A DNA stretch of 64,000 nt from Somniosus microcephalus (Eukaryota): the NCBI GenBank assembly GCA_052327205.1, contig CM126212.1:221216001-221280000 (forward strand), given 5' to 3'. Below are positions 59,515-64,000 of this stretch, in pieces. How positions within the stretch are numbered: the first letter of the stretch is position 1; every line of letters begins with the position of its first letter. The position numbers and the translations under genes were made by a program. The notes under the pieces are model-generated. The model made no database searches and had not been told where the DNA came from. It worked only from the letters and a program-made list of their open reading frames with translations.

Positions 59515-62500
59515 CATCTCAGTTTTAAATGGGCAACCCCTTATTCTGAAACTATGCCCCCTAGTTCTAGATTCCCCCATGAGGGGAAACATCCTCTCTG
59601 CATCTTGCCGAGCCCCCTCGGTATCTTGTATGTTTCAATAAGATCACCTCTCATTCTTCTAAATTCCAGTGAGTATAGGCCCAACCTGCTCAACCTTTCT
59701 TCATAAGTCAACCCCTTCATCTCAGGAATCAACCTCGTGAACCTTCTCTGAACTGCCTCCAATGCAAGTATGTCCCTTCCTAAATAAGGAGACCAAAACT
59801 GTACACTGTACTCCAGGTGTGGTCTCAACAATACCCTGTACAGTTGCAGCAGGACTTCCCTGCTTTTATACTCCAGCCCCCTTGCAATAAAGGCCAACAT
59901 TCCATTTGCCTTCCTGATTATTTGCTGTACCTGCATGCTAACTTTTTGTGTTTCATGCACAAGGACCCCCAGGTCCCTCTGTACTGCAGCATTTTGTAAT
60001 CTCTCTCCATTTAAATAATAATTTGTTATTTTTCTTACCAAAGTAGATAACCTCACACTTTCCCACATTATACTCCATCTGCCAAATATTTGCCCACTCA
60101 CTTAGTCTGTCTATATCCCTTTGCAGATTCTTTGGGCAGGATTTTCATTGGGCTGTGGAGGCGGGATTGGAGGCGTGTGGGGGGTTAAAATCACGAAATC
60201 GGGGGTCCCGAACCCATCCCTCACCCAACCCACCTCCATGCCAGTTTCAAAGGAGGTGGGTACCCGCCCCGCACTGGGACCCCCCTCCCTGAGGTGGGAA
60301 GGGGATTAGTGCCAATTAACTGCCAGTTAACAGGCAGTTTTTAGCCTAATCCCTATTTTTAATGTTGAAGTGTGGGATTCCCAATGGCTCCAAACCACAC
60401 CAAGTTAGCGAGGTGGGCCGTCGGGATGAAGGGCTTGGAGGGGTCGAGATGTCCGGTGTTCAGGTGAGTGATGGGTGCATGAGTGCAAAGGTAAGTGTGT
60501 TTGGTGTGTGTAAAGTGTTTAAAGAAGTTCTACTAACCTTTACTTACCTTTACAGCCTTCCTTCCTTCAGGTCTCGGGAGTCCCTCATCTCACCGGCACA
60601 GAAAGCAGAATGACTGCGAGCTGTCAAAAATTGCAGCATTCAGCTTTCTGTTCCGGAGAGATCTCTAAATCATCCTGATAGGAAGGAATTAACTTAGAGT
60701 ACAGATTGTCAGTGTTTGACAGCTTCAAACAGCTGTGAAACGCTGATATTTCATCTGTCAAAAGGTCTTGACAGATGAAATATCAATTTGTGACGTCACC
60801 TGTTGCCGGGTGGCCCTTAATTGGCCTGCTGAGCCTGCTGGGTGGGCTCAACAAGGTCAATCAAGTCAAAATCGTGTGGGTTGGCTGGAGCTCGATGGAG
60901 ACGGGACTACAACCCCGATAGTTGTAGTCCCGCCTCCTACCCGACTCCTCAATGAAAATCCAGCCCTTTGTGTCCACTTCACAACTTGCTATCCCACCTA
61001 TCTTTGTTTCATCAGCAAATTTGGCTACATTACACTCGGTCCCTTCATCCAAGTCATTAATATAGATTGTAAATGGTTGAGGTCCCAGCATTGATCCCTC
61101 TGGCACCCCACTAGTTACCAAAAAATGACCCATTTATCCCGACTCTCTGCTTTCTGTTAGTTTACCAATCCTCTATCCATGCTAATATATTACCCCCAAC
61201 CCTGTGAGCTCTTATCTTGTGCAGTAACCTTTTATGTGGCACCTTATCGAATGCCTTCTGGAAATCCAAATATACTACATCCACTGGCTTACCTTTTGCA
61301 CCCTGCTCGTTACATTCTCAACGAACTCCAGCAAATTTGTCAAACATGATTTCCCTTTCATAAAACCATGCTGACTCTGCTTGACTGTATTATGATTTTC
61401 TAAATGCCCTGCTACTGCTTCCTTAATAATGGACTCCAGCATTTTCCCAATGACAGATGTGAGGCTAACTGGTCTATACTTTCCTGCTTTCTGTCTCCCT
61501 TTTTTTCCCCAATCCACTGGGACCTCTCCAGAATCCAGGGAATTTTGGTAGATTGCAACCAATGCATCCACTATCTCTGCAGCCACTTCTTTTAAGACCC
61601 TAGAATGCAAGCCATCAGGTCATGGGGACTTGTCCAACTTTAGTCCCATTATTTTACCGAGTACTTTTTCTTTAGTGATAGTGATTGTTTTAAGTTCCCC
61701 CCTCCCTATAGCCCATTGATTATGTGTTATTGGGATGGTTTTAGTGTCTTCTACCGTGAAGACTGATATAAAATATTTGTTCAAAGTCTCAGCCATTTCC
61801 CATTATTAATTCCCCAGTCTCATCCTCTAAGGGACCAATGTTTACTTTAGCTACTCTCTTCCTTTTTATATACCTGTAGAAGCTCTTACTATTTGTTTTT
61901 ATATTTCTTGCTAGTTTACTCTCAAAATCCATCTTCTCTCTCTTTATTATTTTTTTTAGTCGTCCTTTGCTGGTTTTCAAAAATTTCCCAATCCTCTGGC
62001 CTTCCACTAATCCTGGCAGTATTGTATGCCTTTGTTTTCAATTTGATACCATCCTTTGCTTCCTTAGTTAGCCACGGATGGTGCTCCCTTCTCTTAAAGT
62101 CTTTCCTTCTCACTGGAATATATGATTGTTGAGAGTTATGAAATATCTCCTTAAATGTCTGCCATTGCTTATCAACCGTCTTATCCTTTAATCTATTTTC
62201 CCAGTCCACTTTAGCCAACTCTGTCTTCATACCTTTGTAATTGCCTTTATTTAAGATCAGCACACTAGTTTGAGAGCAACTTTCTCACCCTCCAATTGAA
62301 TTTGAAATTCAACCATGCTATGATCACTCTTTCATAGAGGATCCTTTACTATGAGATCATTTATTAATCCTGTCTTATTACACAGTACCAGATCTAAGAT
62401 AGCCTGCTCCCTGGTTGGTTCCACAATGTATTGTTCTAGGAAACCATCTTGGATACACTCTATGAACTCTTCCTCGAGGCTACCTTGGCCAATTTAACTT

Positions 62501-62812
62501 GTCCAATCAATATGAAGATTAAAATCGCCCATGATTATTGCTGTACCTTTCTTACAAGCCTCCATTACTTCTTGATTTATACTCTGTCCAACGGTGTAGC
62601 TACTGTTAGGGGGCCTATAGACTACGCCCACCAGTGACTTCTTTCCCTTATTATTTCTTATCTCCACCCAAACTGATTCTACATCTTGCTCTTCTGAGCC
62701 AATATCATTTCTCACTACTGCACTGATCTCATCCTTTATTAACAGAACTACCCCACCTCCTTTTCCTTTCTGTCTATCCTTCCGAAATGTCAAATACCCC
62801 TGAATATTCAAT
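59515..62812 (-). mobile_element. CR1 LINE ORF2 (endonuclease to RT), decayed, with a MITE inserted
   Basis: Consecutive ORF2 peptides from GGGVVLLIK through RPHLEY. Confidence 0.93.
60134..60966 (+). mobile_element. Harbinger-type MITE, intact copy
   Basis: TIR GGGCAGGATTTTCATTG / CAATGAAAATCCAGCCC, TSD TTT. Confidence 0.93.
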
Positions 62813-62939
62813 TTCCTACAACATATGATGGTTGTCAACCATTGCCGCAAGTTGTTGCTGGTCTCGGAGCGGTTTTGTGCAATGGACTGTTTCTCACAGC
62901 ACCATCTCACCAGTCCCAGGATGAATGAATACTGGCCCT

Positions 62940-63561
62940 GCAGTGCATTACTGAGGGAGAGTTTCATTGTCTTTCAGACGGGATGCTAAATCGAGGCACT
63001 GGATACCTGTTCAGATGGACAATAAAAGGTCCCATTGGAAGAAGAGTAGGGGAGTTCTCCCGGTGTCCTGGCTAACAGTTATCACCCAAAACAACTCCAA
63101 CAAAACAGATTAGCTGGTCACTTATCTCATTCCAGTTTGTGGGGCTTTGTTGTGCACAAATCAACTTACATAACAATGGTGGTTGCACTTCAATAGTGGT
63201 TCATTGTCTCTGAAGCACGTTGGGACATAAAAAAAAGAAAATCTTGAATTTCTATAGTGCCTTTCACAACCACCGGACGTCCCAAAGTGCTTTATAGCCA
63301 ATGAAGTGCTTTTTGAAGTGTAGTCACTGTGGTAATGTAGGAAACACGGCAGCCAATTGCTCCCATAAATAGCAATGCGATAACGACCAGATCATTTGTT
63401 TTTGTTATGTTGATTGAGGGATAGATATTGGCCAAGACATCAGGGATAATTCCCCTGCTTTTCTTCGAAATAGTGTCGTGGAATCTTTTACGTCCACCTG
63501 AGAGCAGACGGGGCCTCGGTTTAACGTCTCATCCGAAAGACAGCATCTCCGACAGTGCAGT
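62940..63561. mobile_element. Two Deu-domain SINE fragments in opposite orientations
   Basis: GGGCCTCGGTTTAACGTCTCATCCGAAAGACAGC at ~63510, with a degenerate inverse copy at ~62965-63000. Confidence 0.75.
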
Positions 63562-64000
63562 TGTAGGGGGGCATCTTTTAACTGGTTTAAGGTAATTTAC
63601 CTGGTCTTGCAGCCTTTGCCTGCACTCTGACCAATTCCAATCTTTTACCTGGTTTACGGTAATTCACCTGGTCAGGCAGCCTGCTGCTACACAGTAAACC
63701 AATTTCCAATAAACCAATTTTCAAGCAGCGGTTTCGAATCGCTACCCCACCTTCCACTTCTGACTGAAGGACTTATAATTAATGATATTAAAACGGACAC
63801 GTGGTTTGGATGAGAGAAAAAAATCAAGTTTTATTAACTAAATGAACTACAATCAAATTATAAACTATACCACACGAACACAGTAATTACAGTAAAATTG
63901 CTTAAATGGGGGAATGCAGATGGTAAAAACGAGGGATTAAATGGCTACAATGTTAATTAAACAATCTTAGCAAATCCCCTTAATTCACCATCCCCTAACT
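63562..64000 (-). mobile_element. 3' end of an LTR related to 9935-11536, running off the window
   Basis: The reverse complement ends ...CCCCTACA and shares AATAAAA.CTTG.TTTT, CCAAA.CAC.TGT and AGCGATTCGAA.CCGCT with the long LTR. Confidence 0.8.

Overview
Eukaryotic, non-coding, repeat-saturated DNA, almost certainly from a shark or ray. The taxonomic call rests on HE1-type V-SINEs, Deu-domain SINEs and very abundant CR1 LINEs. I found no host protein-coding exon I can support; nearly every ORF in the track is a transposon fragment or its antisense shadow. Contents: (1) a nested pair of full-length Gypsy LTR retrotransposons, with a CsRn1-clade element (35652-45042, +) carrying a younger Mag-like element (35880-40529, -) in its 5' LTR and a SINE in its integrase tail; (2) a decayed two-gene PIF/Harbinger transposon (25865-30177) and about seven related MITEs; (3) eight complete solo LTRs with target-site duplications (TSDs), five from one ~225-bp family with a CTCF-like motif, plus one partial LTR at the right edge; (4) CR1, L2, RTE, Penelope and BEL/Pao fragments; (5) three tandem arrays; (6) AT-rich unique islands that may be conserved enhancers. 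The most interesting signal is in the Mag-like element. It has no tRNA primer-binding site (PBS). Instead, a perfect 15-nt complement of its own LTR sits where the PBS should be and closes a cloverleaf-like fold, a candidate self-priming mechanism. All coordinates and TSDs were read by eye and no database searches were run.
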